Below, piece by piece: positions 23,581-33,177 of a DNA stretch of 64,000 bases. The notes under the pieces are model-generated. The model made no database searches, had not been told where the DNA came from, and worked only from the letters and a program-made list of their open reading frames with translations. A program made the position numbers and the translations under genes. How positions within the stretch are numbered: the stretch's first letter is position 1; each line of letters opens with the position of its first letter. The stretch comes from Pseudomonadota bacterium (GTDB taxonomy: Bacteria > Pseudomonadota > Gammaproteobacteria > Burkholderiales > Burkholderiaceae_D): the NCBI GenBank assembly GCA_040389645.1, contig JAZJZT010000011.1, positions 129,532 to 193,531 of the forward strand. Direction: 5' to 3'.

Positions 23581-24924
23581 TTAGCCGGGCACAGCCTTTG
23601 ATGTGGCGGGAAATGCGATTTGCACCCGCAGGCCGCCGAGGCGCTCGGACTGGTCCAGCGTCAGCGTGGCGCCGTGGCGCTCGGCGATGGCCTTGATGAT
23701 CGCCAGTCCCAGTCCGCTGCCGCCGGCCGGGCTGCCGGGCACGCGATAAAAACGGTTGAAGACGCGATCCCTCTCTTCCGGCGAGATGCCGGGGCCGCTG
23801 TCTTCGACGCACAGCACGGCGCCCTGCGCGCCCTGGCGCACGTCGAGATCGACCATGCCACCGGCCGGCGTGTACTTGATCGCATTGTCGACCAGGTTGC
23901 GCAGCAGGATCAGCAGCGCGTCGCCCTGCCCCGCGACAATCGCGTTATCGTCGGCATGGTGCAGGCCGAGGTCGATCTCGCGCGCCTGCGCCGCGCCGAC
24001 CAGGTCGCCCAGCGTGCGCTTGGCCAGATCGGCCAGGTTGACGCTGGCAAATTTCGCCTCGGCGGCGCTTCCCTCCTGGCGCGCCAGCACCAGCAATTGC
24101 TCGACCAGCCGCGTCGCGCGTTCGATGCCGGCCGTCAGGCGGCCGACGGCGACGGCGCGCGCTTCGGCATCCTCGGCCCGCTCCAGGCTCAGCGCCTGCA
24201 ATTTCAATGCCGCCAGCGGCGAGCGCAATTCGTGTGCGGCGTCGGCGACAAAATGCTGCTGCGCCTCGAACGCGGTGCGCACGCGGCCGAACAGCAAATT
24301 CAATTCGTGCACCAGCGGCCGCACTTCGTCGGGCAAATGGTTTTCCGACACGGGAGACAGGTCGTCGGCCTGGCGCGAAGCGACCTGCTTGCGCACGCGC
24401 GATACCGGCGCCAGCGAGCCGCTGACGACCCACCAGACCACCAGCATCAATAAGGGCGCCATCAGGGCGATCGGCGCCACGGTGCGCAGCGCCAAGGCGC
24501 CGGCCATGCGCTGGCGCACCGCCATGTCTTGCGCGATCTGCACCGTCTGGTTGCTGGTCTGGACGGAAAAAATCCGGTAATTGGCGCCGTTGGCGCGCAC
24601 GTTCGAGAAGCCGAGCACGGCGCGCTGCGGCAGTTCGGCGCGCGACAGGGAACGGAAGACTTGCACGCCGTCCGGCGTCCAGACCTGCACCACCATGTCG
24701 TCGTTGCCGGGATCGGCCGCCGGGCTGTCGCCGTGGTTCGCCAGTGGCGTGCTGGAACGCAGCGACAGCGCCATCTGCTGCATGTGGTAATCGAAGATTT
24801 CGTCGGCGTCGTGCAGCGCGCTGCGGTAGGCGATCAGCGCTTGCGCCACGGCCGCCAGCGTGATGGCCAGCAGCAGGAACCACAGCAGACGCCCGCGCAG
24901 CGAATGCGATACCGCCATCTTCAT
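23581..24924 (-). CDS. QseC/PmrB-like sensor histidine kinase
   Basis: Two TM segments, HAMP, ADAAHELRSPL, NLVDNAIKY, DSGPGI, GSGLGL. Confidence 0.93.
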   Translation of the reverse strand: MKMAVSHSLRGRLLWFLLLAITLAAVAQALIAYRSALHDADEIFDYHMQQMALSLRSSTPLANHGDSPAADPGNDDMVVQVWTPDGVQVFRSLSRAELPQRAVLGFSNVRANGANYRIFSVQTSNQTVQIAQDMAVRQRMAGALALRTVAPIALMAPLLMLVVWWVVSGSLAPVSRVRKQVASRQADDLSPVSENHLPDEVRPLVHELNLLFGRVRTAFEAQQHFVADAAHELRSPLAALKLQALSLERAEDAEARAVAVGRLTAGIERATRLVEQLLVLARQEGSAAEAKFASVNLADLAKRTLGDLVGAAQAREIDLGLHHADDNAIVAGQGDALLILLRNLVDNAIKYTPAGGMVDLDVRQGAQGAVLCVEDSGPGISPEERDRVFNRFYRVPGSPAGGSGLGLAIIKAIAERHGATLTLDQSERLGGLRVQIAFPATSKAVPG

Positions 24925-25580
24925 AGTTTCGGGACCATGTAGCCGAGGCCGCGCACGTTCTGGATCAATTCGCTGCCGAGCTTCTTGCGCAAGCCGTGGA
25001 TATACACTTCGACGGCGTTGCTGTTGACTTCATCCTTCCAGCTATATAATTTTTCCTCGAGCTGGGCACGCGACAGCACGATGCCGGGGCGCGCGATCAG
25101 CGCTTCGAGCACGGCCCATTCGCGCGCCGACAGGTTCACGCTCTGGCCGTTGGCCAGCACTTCGCGCGTCTGCGGATTGATCGTCACGCCCTTGTGCTCG
25201 AACACCGGTTCGGCGCGCCCGGCCGAGCGGCGCAGCAAGGCGCGGATACGCGCCAGCAGTTCATCGAGATCGTAGGGTTTCAAGACGTAATCGTCGGCGC
25301 CGGCGTCGAGGCCGGCGATGCGCTGCTCGACGGCGTCGCGCGCCGTGGCCACCAGCACCGGCGTCAGCTCCTTGCGCGCGCGCATCGAGCGCAACACTTC
25401 CAGGCCATCCTTGCGCGGCAAGCCCAGGTCCAGCAATACCAGGTCGTAGGTCTGGGTTTGCAGCGCCGTGTCGGCCATGGCGCCATCCTTCACCCAGTCG
25501 ACCGCGTAGTGCTCGGCCCTGAGCAGGTCGAGCACCACTTCGCCTATCATCGTATCGTCTTCCACCAGCAACAGGCGCAT
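24921..25580 (-). CDS. QseB/PmrA-like response regulator
   Basis: MRLLLVEDD, LDLGLP, GADDY, SNAVEVYIHGLRKKLG. Confidence 0.95.
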   Translation of the reverse strand: MRLLLVEDDTMIGEVVLDLLRAEHYAVDWVKDGAMADTALQTQTYDLVLLDLGLPRKDGLEVLRSMRARKELTPVLVATARDAVEQRIAGLDAGADDYVLKPYDLDELLARIRALLRRSAGRAEPVFEHKGVTINPQTREVLANGQSVNLSAREWAVLEALIARPGIVLSRAQLEEKLYSWKDEVNSNAVEVYIHGLRKKLGSELIQNVRGLGYMVPKL

Positions 25581-25599
25581 CGCGTTTCCTTTATTGAAA

Positions 25600-27120
25600 T
25601 TAGCCCAGGCGGACCGGGATGAAGATCTTATCGTCGCCGCGCTGGATCAGCAAGGCGACCGATTTATCCGACTTCGCCACCACGTCGCGCACCTGCTCGA
25701 CGCTGTTGACGGCGCGGCCGTTGACCGACAATAACACGTCGCCCGGCTGCACCCCCGCATAGGCGGCAGCGCCGGCCGCGTTTTCGATCAACAGGCCGGA
25801 AGCGATGCCGGACTGGCGCTTCTCTTGCGGGTCGAGCGGGCGCAGCGCCAGGCCGAGGCGGCCCTTGCCGGTGGCCGTATCCTGGCGCGCCACGTCGGCC
25901 ACCTTGTCGGCCGCGTTGCCGAGCTTGCCGCTCAACTCAATCGCCTTGCCCTGGCGCCAGACATCGAGCACGACTTTTTCACCCGGCATCGCGATGCCGA
26001 CCATCGCGGGCAAGTCGGCCGACGAGACGATCTTCTGGCCATTGACCTTGCGGATCACGTCGCCCGCCTTCAAGCCCGCCTTGTCGGCCGGGCCGCCCGC
26101 TTCGACGTTCGACACCAGCGCACCTTCGGGCGATTCCAGGTTGAAGGAATCGGCGAAACTCTGGTTCACTTCCTGCACCGTCACGCCCAGCTTGGCGTGC
26201 GCGACTTTTCCGGTGGCGACGATCTGATCCTTGATCTTGGTGGCGACGTCGATCGGGATCGCGAACGACAACCCTTGATAGCCGCCGGTCTGGCTGTAGA
26301 TCTGCGAATTGATGCCGATGACTTCGCCGCGCGTGTTGAACAGCGGGCCGCCCGAGTTGCCGGGATTGACGGCGACGTCGGTCTGGATGAACGGCACATA
26401 ACTGTCGTCCGGCAGCGAGCGTCCCTTGGCGCTGACGACGCCGGCCGTGACCGTGCTTTCCAGGCCGTACGGCGAACCGATCGCCAAGACCCACGCACCC
26501 ACTTTCAGGTCGCTGGTGCGGCCCAGCGGCACCACCGGCAAGTTCTTGCCGTCGATTTTCAGCACGGCGACATCGGTCTTCGGATCGGAACCGAGCACAC
26601 GGGCGCGGTATTCGCGGCGGTCGGTCATCTTGACTGTCACTTCGCTGGCGTCGCGCACCACGTGGGCATTGGTCAGAATGATGCCGTCCGGGCTGATGAT
26701 GAAACCGGAACCGACGCCGTGCGTCGGCATTTCACGTTCGCCGCCGCGCTGCGGGTTCTGGCCCTGGAAGCGGCGGAAGAATTCGAGGAAGGGATCGTCG
26801 CCGAACTGGTCGCGGCCGCGCGCCTGCGCGCCGTCGAGCGAAGTCTTGGTGGTGCCGGTGACGCTGATGTTGACGACGGCCGGGCCGTTGCGCTCGGCGA
26901 TGACGCTGAAATCCGGCATCGCGATCATCGGCGCGGCGACCGGGGTGGCGCCGACCGGCAGCGCGGCTTGCGGCGCGACGGCCGCTTGCGGCACGGTGGC
27001 CGCGCTGGCGCCGGCATGGTTTTGATGGATGAACAGCGCACCGCCGGCGCCGAGGGCGCTGATCGCGGCCAGCGCCAGCACATTGCGTTTCATGATTCCG
27101 GAAACAGTAGGGTTTGGCAT
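25600..27120 (-). CDS. DegQ/DegP (HtrA) periplasmic serine protease
   Basis: GSGFII, TNAHV, DVAVLK, GNSGGPL, two PDZ domains; AGGAG RBS. Confidence 0.95.
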   Translation of the reverse strand: MPNPTVSGIMKRNVLALAAISALGAGGALFIHQNHAGASAATVPQAAVAPQAALPVGATPVAAPMIAMPDFSVIAERNGPAVVNISVTGTTKTSLDGAQARGRDQFGDDPFLEFFRRFQGQNPQRGGEREMPTHGVGSGFIISPDGIILTNAHVVRDASEVTVKMTDRREYRARVLGSDPKTDVAVLKIDGKNLPVVPLGRTSDLKVGAWVLAIGSPYGLESTVTAGVVSAKGRSLPDDSYVPFIQTDVAVNPGNSGGPLFNTRGEVIGINSQIYSQTGGYQGLSFAIPIDVATKIKDQIVATGKVAHAKLGVTVQEVNQSFADSFNLESPEGALVSNVEAGGPADKAGLKAGDVIRKVNGQKIVSSADLPAMVGIAMPGEKVVLDVWRQGKAIELSGKLGNAADKVADVARQDTATGKGRLGLALRPLDPQEKRQSGIASGLLIENAAGAAAYAGVQPGDVLLSVNGRAVNSVEQVRDVVAKSDKSVALLIQRGDDKIFIPVRLG

Positions 27121-27175
27121 TGCTGCACTCCTGGATTGAATGGGGTTATCGATGTATTCAATATGGAGCAAAAAA

Positions 27176-27192
27176 CTTAGGCACCGCTTAAT
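27176..27192. promoter_or_regulatory. Putative QseB/PmrA box
   Basis: CTTAGG-N5-CTTAAT versus YTTAAK-N5-YTTAAK, 10 bp from a minus-strand -10-like CATATT. Confidence 0.55.
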
Positions 27193-27271
27193 GGTCGTGC
27201 CTGCACCATCAGCCAGACGTGCAACTGGCCGGATTGCCCGGCCAGTTTGAGTTGCTATGACTGCTTACACT

Positions 27272-27730
27272 TTATGCGGCCTGGCGTTGCTCCAGCGCGC
27301 TGACATTGTCGCTGCCGTCGATGACGATCTTGCGCGGCTTCAGCGCTTCCGGCACTTCGCGTTTCAGCTCGATGGTGAGCATGCCGTTGTCGAACGAGGC
27401 GCCGGTCACCTTGACGTGATTGGCCAGCTGGAAGCGCTGTTCGAAATCACGCGCCGCGATGCCGCGGTGCAGGTAGGTGCGCTCGACACCGTCGCGCTGC
27501 TTGCGGCCGACGATATGCAGGCTATCGCGCTCGAAGGTGATGTCGATTTCGGAACGGTTGAAACCGGCCAGCGCCATCACGATGCGGTACTGGTCTTCCG
27601 ACACCAGTTCAATGTTGTAAGGCGGATAGCTGGGCTGGGCGTCGCCGCGCTGGGCGTCGTTCAGCAATTGGGCCAGGCGGTCGAAACCGATGGCGGAACG
27701 ATACAGGGGAGTCAGGTCGAATGTACGCAT
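27272..27730 (-). CDS. ibpA: Small heat-shock protein IbpA
   Basis: MRTFDLTPLYRSAIGFDRL, YPPYNIE, YLHRGIAARDFE, NGML, PRKI. Confidence 0.95.
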   Translation of the reverse strand: MRTFDLTPLYRSAIGFDRLAQLLNDAQRGDAQPSYPPYNIELVSEDQYRIVMALAGFNRSEIDITFERDSLHIVGRKQRDGVERTYLHRGIAARDFEQRFQLANHVKVTGASFDNGMLTIELKREVPEALKPRKIVIDGSDNVSALEQRQAA

Positions 27731-27736
27731 GCTAAA

Positions 27737-27790
27737 TATCCTTTTGAAGTTAAGCGATAGTGTCCCGCGGTCCCCTTCTGGGCAACCGCT
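27737..27790 (-). ncRNA. ROSE-like RNA thermometer in the ibpA 5' UTR
   Basis: UAUCGCUU...AAGGAUA hairpin: UCGCU pairs the AGGA SD with a bulged G; upstream GCGGU...ACCGC stem. Confidence 0.75.
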
Positions 27791-27797
27791 GGATCCG

Positions 27798-27826
27798 ATA
27801 TACGGCTGCCTCGGACGCATTTCAAG
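27798..27826 (-). promoter_or_regulatory. Sigma-32 (RpoH) promoter of ibpA
   Basis: CTTGAAA-N14-CCGTATAT versus consensus CTTGAAA-N13-15-CCCCATnT. Confidence 0.75.
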
Positions 27827-27850
27827 AGTCTTTTTTTGAGAACATTTAGA

Positions 27851-27869
27851 TTTACGTTTTGTAACATCT
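27851..27869 (+). promoter_or_regulatory. Putative OmpR-family box
   Basis: TTTACGTTTTGTAACATCT, 17/19 to the E. coli ompC C1 site as recalled (TTTACATTTTGAAACATCT). Confidence 0.55.
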
Positions 27870-27920
27870 GGGTATTTCCTGCATGCTACACTGGATCTCC
27901 CGATCCCTATTTCAACGCTC

Positions 27921-29810
27921 ATGACCCAGTTGCGCACTTCCCTGCTGGCCCTGCTCGTCGCCGCGACGTGCAATGCCCACGCCGACATCATCCCGGCCCC
28001 GCTCGATCAACCCTACCCGGGCACCATCGTGCTGAAAGTGGACGCGTCCAACACCTCGCAGCAAATCTTCCGCATCACCGAAAGCATTCCTGCAAAGCCG
28101 GGCCGGCTGACGCTGCTTTACCCGCAGTGGGTGCCGGCCAATCACGGCCCGAGCGGCCCGCTGAACCAGTTCGCCGGCCTGAAACTGAGCGCCAACGGCA
28201 AGCCGCTGAACTGGAAGCGCGACACGCTGAACGTGCATGCCTTCCACGTCGAAGTGCCGCGCGACGCAAAAAGCGTGGAAGCGGAATACCAGTACCTGTC
28301 GCCGACTGAACCGAACCAGGGCCGCACGACGATCACCAGCGAAATCCTCGGCGTGCAATGGCACTCGATGACGCTGTATCCGGCCGGTTATACGACGCGC
28401 CGCATCACGGTGCAGCCGAACCTGACGCTGCCGGAAGGCTGGCAGTACGGCAGCGCGCTCGAAACGGTGGAACGCAAGGGCGACGAGATCGCGTTCAAGC
28501 CGCTGGACCTGGAAACGCTGGTCGACTCTCCCCTGTTCGCCGGGCGTTATTTCAGGCGCTACGACCTCGATCCCGGAGCGAAATACCCGGTCCACCTCGA
28601 TGTCGTGGCCGACACCGCCAGCGCGCTGGAAGCCAAGCCGGAACAGATCGAACTGCACCGCGCGCTGGTCCAGCAAGCCTATAAATTGTTCAACTCGCAG
28701 CACTATGCCCACTACGATTTTCTGCTCGCGCTGAGCGAGGAATTCGGCGGCATCGGGCGCGAACACCACCAGTCCAGCGAGAACGGCGTCAAGCTCGATT
28801 ATTTCAGCGACTGGAACAAGGCCGAATCGATGCGCGGCCTGCTGCCGCACGAATTCACGCATTCGTGGAACGGCAAGTTCCGCCGCCCGGCCGACCAGAA
28901 CGTCCCGAATTTCAATACGCCGCTGCAAAACAGCCTGTTATGGGTCTACGAAGGACAGACCCAGTACTGGGGCCACGTGCTGTCGGCCCGCTCCGGCCTG
29001 ATCAAGCTCGAGCACGTGCGCGACATCCTTGCCGCCACCGCCGCGCGCTACGATGCGATGCAGGGCCGCTCGTGGCGCCCGGTGCAGGACACGACCAACG
29101 ACCCGATCATCAACGGCCGCCGCCCGCTCGGCTGGAACAGTTGGCAGCGCAGCGAGGATTACTACAACGAGGGCGCGCTGATCTGGCTCGACGTCGACAC
29201 CAAGATCCGCGAATTGTCGAACGACGCCAAATCGCTCGACACCTTCGCGCGCGCCTTCTTCAGCGTCGACAACGGCAGTTATGTCGCCAATTACTACACG
29301 TTCGAAGACGTGGTCAAGGCGCTCAATACCGTGCATGCGTTCGACTGGAGCACCTTCCTGCGCACGCGCCTGGACGGCAACGGCCCGGCGCCGCTCGACG
29401 GCCTGACCCGCGCCGGCTGGAAACTGGTCTACACCGACAAGCCGACCGACTACCTGAAAGGGGTCGAGGAGCGCAGCAAGGTGGCCGACTTCCAGTACTC
29501 GCTTGGCCTCTCGGTCGGCAGCGAAGGCAAGATCGAAGCCTTGCAGTGGGAAGGCCCGGGCTTCAAGGCCGGCCTCGGCGGCGGCACCACGCTGCTGGCC
29601 GTCAACGGCGCCGCTTACAAGCCCGAGGTATTGCGCGACGCCGTCAGCGCGGCCAAGGGCAAGGGCAAGCCGATCGAACTGCTGGTCAAGAAAGGCGCGC
29701 GCTTCCGCACCATCAGCCTTGATTACCACGACGGCCTGCGCTATCCGCGCCTGCAGCGTATCGAAGACACGCCGGACCGCTTGCAGGCGATTCTGTCGGC
29801 ATTGAAGTAA
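27921..29810 (+). CDS. M61 family glycyl aminopeptidase with PDZ domain
   Basis: Signal peptide, LVDSP, REHHQSS, HEFTHSWN, LWVYEGQT, C-terminal PDZ. Confidence 0.92.
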   Translation: MTQLRTSLLALLVAATCNAHADIIPAPLDQPYPGTIVLKVDASNTSQQIFRITESIPAKPGRLTLLYPQWVPANHGPSGPLNQFAGLKLSANGKPLNWKRDTLNVHAFHVEVPRDAKSVEAEYQYLSPTEPNQGRTTITSEILGVQWHSMTLYPAGYTTRRITVQPNLTLPEGWQYGSALETVERKGDEIAFKPLDLETLVDSPLFAGRYFRRYDLDPGAKYPVHLDVVADTASALEAKPEQIELHRALVQQAYKLFNSQHYAHYDFLLALSEEFGGIGREHHQSSENGVKLDYFSDWNKAESMRGLLPHEFTHSWNGKFRRPADQNVPNFNTPLQNSLLWVYEGQTQYWGHVLSARSGLIKLEHVRDILAATAARYDAMQGRSWRPVQDTTNDPIINGRRPLGWNSWQRSEDYYNEGALIWLDVDTKIRELSNDAKSLDTFARAFFSVDNGSYVANYYTFEDVVKALNTVHAFDWSTFLRTRLDGNGPAPLDGLTRAGWKLVYTDKPTDYLKGVEERSKVADFQYSLGLSVGSEGKIEALQWEGPGFKAGLGGGTTLLAVNGAAYKPEVLRDAVSAAKGKGKPIELLVKKGARFRTISLDYHDGLRYPRLQRIEDTPDRLQAILSALK

Positions 29811-29893
29811 TCCTGCATTTTATTGGGGACCGGTACAGGGGTGCATATCTGCGGTTATACTGGAAAAACGATTGACTTTCCGGATAACCGTAG

Positions 29894-30838
29894 ATGGACG
29901 CATCTGTCACCGTCCAGTCCCTGCTGGAAGAAAACGCGCGGCTGCGCCAGGAACTGGCAACGCTGCGCAATAGCGACCGCACCTTCCGCGCCCTGCTCAA
30001 CCACGCACCGGTCCTGATCTCGACCAAGGATTTACAAGGGCACGTCACGCTGGCCAACCGCCATTTCGACATCCTCGATGGCTACGATGCCGCAAGCTTC
30101 ATCGGCGCCAGTGTGTTCGACCTGTTCCCGCCAGCCATCGCCGAACAGTTGTGGCGCAACGACCGCCGCGCCGCGCTGGAACGGCGCGCGGTGTTTGAAG
30201 AAGAAAGCGTGTATCACCGCGACCAGACGCTGCACACCTACATGACGGTGAAATTCCCGCTGTTCGACGAACACGGGCAAGTCAGCGGCACCTGCGCCGT
30301 CTCGACCGACATCACGCAGACCCGTACCGCCGAAGACGTCAGCGTGACCGACGAGCTGACCGGGCTGAAGAACCGGCGCTATTTCAACATGCGTTTCCAC
30401 GAAGAGCAAAAGCGCGCGCGCCGCGATTCCCATTTACTGACCTTGCTGTTGCTCGATGTCGACCGCTTCAAGGAATACAACGACCATTACGGCCATCCGC
30501 AGGGCGACGTCGTGCTGAAGGCGGTGGCGCACAGCATGCGCGCCGCGCTGAACCGCGCCGGCGACCTGTGCTTTCGCATCGGCGGCGACGAATTCGCCTG
30601 CCTGTATGCCAGCAGCGGCATCGACGAAAGCTTGGCGCTGGCCGAGCAGATCCGCGCCGGCATCGCCGCGCAGGCGATCCCGCACGACGCCAACGAGCCA
30701 TCGGGCCGCGTCACGCTGTCGATCGGCGCGGCCTTCCTGCCACCCAATTCCGAACTGGGCCAGGAAGAGTTATACCGGCTCGGCGACGAAGCGCTGTACC
30801 GCGCGAAACACCTGGGGCGCGACCGCGTCTCGTACTGA
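29894..30838 (+). CDS. PAS-GGDEF diguanylate cyclase
   Basis: DELTGLKNRR, DVDRFKEYND.YGH..GD, RAGD I-site, GGDEF. Confidence 0.92.
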   Translation: MDASVTVQSLLEENARLRQELATLRNSDRTFRALLNHAPVLISTKDLQGHVTLANRHFDILDGYDAASFIGASVFDLFPPAIAEQLWRNDRRAALERRAVFEEESVYHRDQTLHTYMTVKFPLFDEHGQVSGTCAVSTDITQTRTAEDVSVTDELTGLKNRRYFNMRFHEEQKRARRDSHLLTLLLLDVDRFKEYNDHYGHPQGDVVLKAVAHSMRAALNRAGDLCFRIGGDEFACLYASSGIDESLALAEQIRAGIAAQAIPHDANEPSGRVTLSIGAAFLPPNSELGQEELYRLGDEALYRAKHLGRDRVSY

Positions 30839-30911
30839 GCCCTGGTGCGCGCAGCCGACGCCGCATGGCGCTGCCGCAGGTCCGACCGGCAACCGCATGC
30901 CTGCCGGGTGC

Positions 30912-31056
30912 TAATGCCGTTAAGTTAGCGTCAAATTTGTCGTTCCCGCGAAAGCGGGAATCCCATCTTTTTGCGCCGTTTTCGACTCTAAAATGGGATT
31001 CCCGCCTGCGCGGGAACGACAGATCTGCGGTCTGTGGCCTTAACTTAACGGCATTA
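30912..31056. mobile_element. IS4-ended REP-doublet MITE, copy C (most intact)
   Basis: Perfect 16-bp TIRs; flanks CTGCCGGGTGC/CTGCCGGGCGC (10/11); inner REP pair. Confidence 0.9.
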
Positions 31057-31089
31057 CTGCCGGGCGCCGATTTGGTGTATGCTGCCGAA

Positions 31090-31446
31090 ATGAACCAAGA
31101 CACCGACATCCAGCTCAGCGGCCCGTTCAAGGCCACCGACGGCTCCGGCCGTGCCCTCGACATCAAGGCCATTCGCATCTTCGACGAAGGCTATGGCGTC
31201 ATCGACGTCTACGTGGACCTGGCGGCGCCCGCGACCGACGGCCTGCCCAAGGACAAGAAACTGCTGACCGAGATCAGCGCGCGCCTGCGCAGCCTCGGCT
31301 ATGTCGGCCCGGACCTGACGCCGGGCGACCCGGTCATGCAGGAAAAGAAATTGCTGGTGCTCGACACGCCGGACGAATTCCTCGCCTTCGCCGTGCGCAA
31401 GGGTTGGAAAGATCTGGCCGCCGAATTCGGCGACGACGACGCTTAA
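31090..31446 (+). CDS. Hypothetical protein (118 aa)
   Basis: Strong GC3 codon bias from MNQDTDIQ; the longer ORF upstream only reads through the MITE. Confidence 0.8.
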   Translation: MNQDTDIQLSGPFKATDGSGRALDIKAIRIFDEGYGVIDVYVDLAAPATDGLPKDKKLLTEISARLRSLGYVGPDLTPGDPVMQEKKLLVLDTPDEFLAFAVRKGWKDLAAEFGDDDA

Positions 31447-31515
31447 TCAAGCCACTGCGGATAGCGGCCGCTCCCGCTCCATGCGGCGAACAATGCCGCC
31501 GGCCTTATTTTATTC

Positions 31516-31577
31516 AAATCAGATGCAAAATCTGGGGTCAGACCCATGGGTCTGACCCCGGCCTTTGTCTCTGATTT
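31516..31577. repeat. 62-bp hairpin repeat, family 2, copy 1
   Basis: AAATCAGATGCAAA-ATCT-GGGGTCAGACCC-AT-GGGTCTGACCCC-GGCC-TTTGTCTCTGATTT. Confidence 0.88.
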
Positions 31578-31609
31578 TTACCAGCAATCCGGGCACTCGA
31601 TCAAGCACC

Positions 31610-32902
31610 TTATTTTTTTCTCACAGCGCGCCGGTGCTTCGCAAAAAACTCCAGCATCATCTTGCTGGCGTCCGGTCCGGCCTTCGAATGAAAACTCACT
31701 TCGGGATCGCCGCCGCTCCAGGCATGATCCAGTTCTGAAATCTGCGCCACCCGCAACAGCAGCTTGCTGCCTTCATGGTAATCGCGGATTTCGTGCGCGT
31801 GGCGGCTGCCGCCGCGCCCGGCCGGCTTGAGCGCCACCCTGGCCTGGGTAGCCGGCGACAAGCCGTTCAGCAACAGGCTTTGGCGCACCAGCTGGCTCTG
31901 GTTGATCGGGCGCACCACCTTGTCGCCCTCTCCCTGGATCAGGATGGTCGGCATCGAGGGGAAGCCGGGCCGCCGCGCCAGCACTTCGCGGATCGCGCTC
32001 TCGGTGCGTACGGCCGAACCGTGCTGCATCACGCCCAGCGCACCGATGGTGCTGTGGCCGGCGCCGAACATCGGCGATGAATGCAGGCCGACCGCGGCGA
32101 TCAATTCCGGGTGGTTCAGCGCGACGATATTGGCCATCGCCGCGCCGGCCGAAATGCCGGCGATATAGATGCGGCGGCGGTCGATCCGGTATTGCTCGCA
32201 CACCTTGCCGATGATGCCGGTGATGATGCGCACGTCGCCGCCGCCTTCCTGCGTCGAGCGGTCATACCATTTCCAGCAGCGCTGCGCCTGCGTGCTGACC
32301 AGTTGCTGCGGATACAGCACCGCATACCCCTTCTGCTCGGCCAGCCGGTTCATGCGCGTACCCTGCGCGAACTGGGTCGCGGTCTGATGGCAACCGTGCA
32401 GCATGACGATCAAGGGCAAGCCATTGCGCACCGCCGTTTCCGGCACGTTATCAGGCAGGTACAACCAGTAGGCCATGCCACCGGCCGGATGTCCCGCATT
32501 GGGCGAGGCCGAATAATGCGCGGCCAGCCACCTGCCCGGCAAGGCTTCCACGTGCTGCCGCCCGTTGCTGCGTATCGTCAATCCGGCCGGTGCCGCCGGC
32601 GTGGTGGCCGTGCGCGGGGCCGGCCTGGCGGCGGGCGGTTTCGGCGCCGGTTTGAGCAGCGCCTTGGCAACGAGCGGTTTCGGAGCGGGTTGCGGTTTCG
32701 GCGGCGAGAACACACTGGCCGGCTTCGGGGCCTTGAGCGCCGTCACCGGTTTCACCTTCGGTTTCGCTGCGACCTTGGTCTTGGCTTTCGGCTTGGGTGC
32801 GGCGAACCAGAGACTGGCCAGTTTCGTGACCTGGCGCTGCTGCGCCTTGCCGGCCCGCGTCAGGCTGCGCAGCAAACGTGCGCCGAGTGCCGCTTTCACC
32901 AT
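31610..32902 (-). CDS. PHB-depolymerase/LpqC family esterase with Lys/Pro/Ala-rich N-terminus
   Basis: VMLHGCHQ, LYPQQ, CWKW, GISAGAAM, QGEGD, HAWSGG. Confidence 0.9.
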   Translation of the reverse strand: MVKAALGARLLRSLTRAGKAQQRQVTKLASLWFAAPKPKAKTKVAAKPKVKPVTALKAPKPASVFSPPKPQPAPKPLVAKALLKPAPKPPAARPAPRTATTPAAPAGLTIRSNGRQHVEALPGRWLAAHYSASPNAGHPAGGMAYWLYLPDNVPETAVRNGLPLIVMLHGCHQTATQFAQGTRMNRLAEQKGYAVLYPQQLVSTQAQRCWKWYDRSTQEGGGDVRIITGIIGKVCEQYRIDRRRIYIAGISAGAAMANIVALNHPELIAAVGLHSSPMFGAGHSTIGALGVMQHGSAVRTESAIREVLARRPGFPSMPTILIQGEGDKVVRPINQSQLVRQSLLLNGLSPATQARVALKPAGRGGSRHAHEIRDYHEGSKLLLRVAQISELDHAWSGGDPEVSFHSKAGPDASKMMLEFFAKHRRAVRKK

Positions 32903-33177
32903 GGTCCGCTCCCGCCACAGGCCAGGGATGTTGCGACCGCACATGGCACTTTATCCGTAACAATACTTACGCCAAGCCTTTGTTTTCGCATCATTTTTTC
33001 GCTCCCATGTTGCAATGCAGTATAACGCGAAAAACCATCCCGTCGGTGCGTTGACACGCATAGGGCGGGGCCGCACGATTGCCTGCGGACAAGCGCGCCG
33101 GATTGCCGTTTGCGCTATTCTGCGGTGACGCGCCACCCCTGCATAAGGCGCATCACGAGACTTCACTGGAGATCAAG

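Noticed and set aside
30568-31089. N-terminal extension of the 31090 gene (292-aa ORF)
   Set aside because: It overlaps the GGDEF gene and reads through MITE C; coding bias starts only at 31090.
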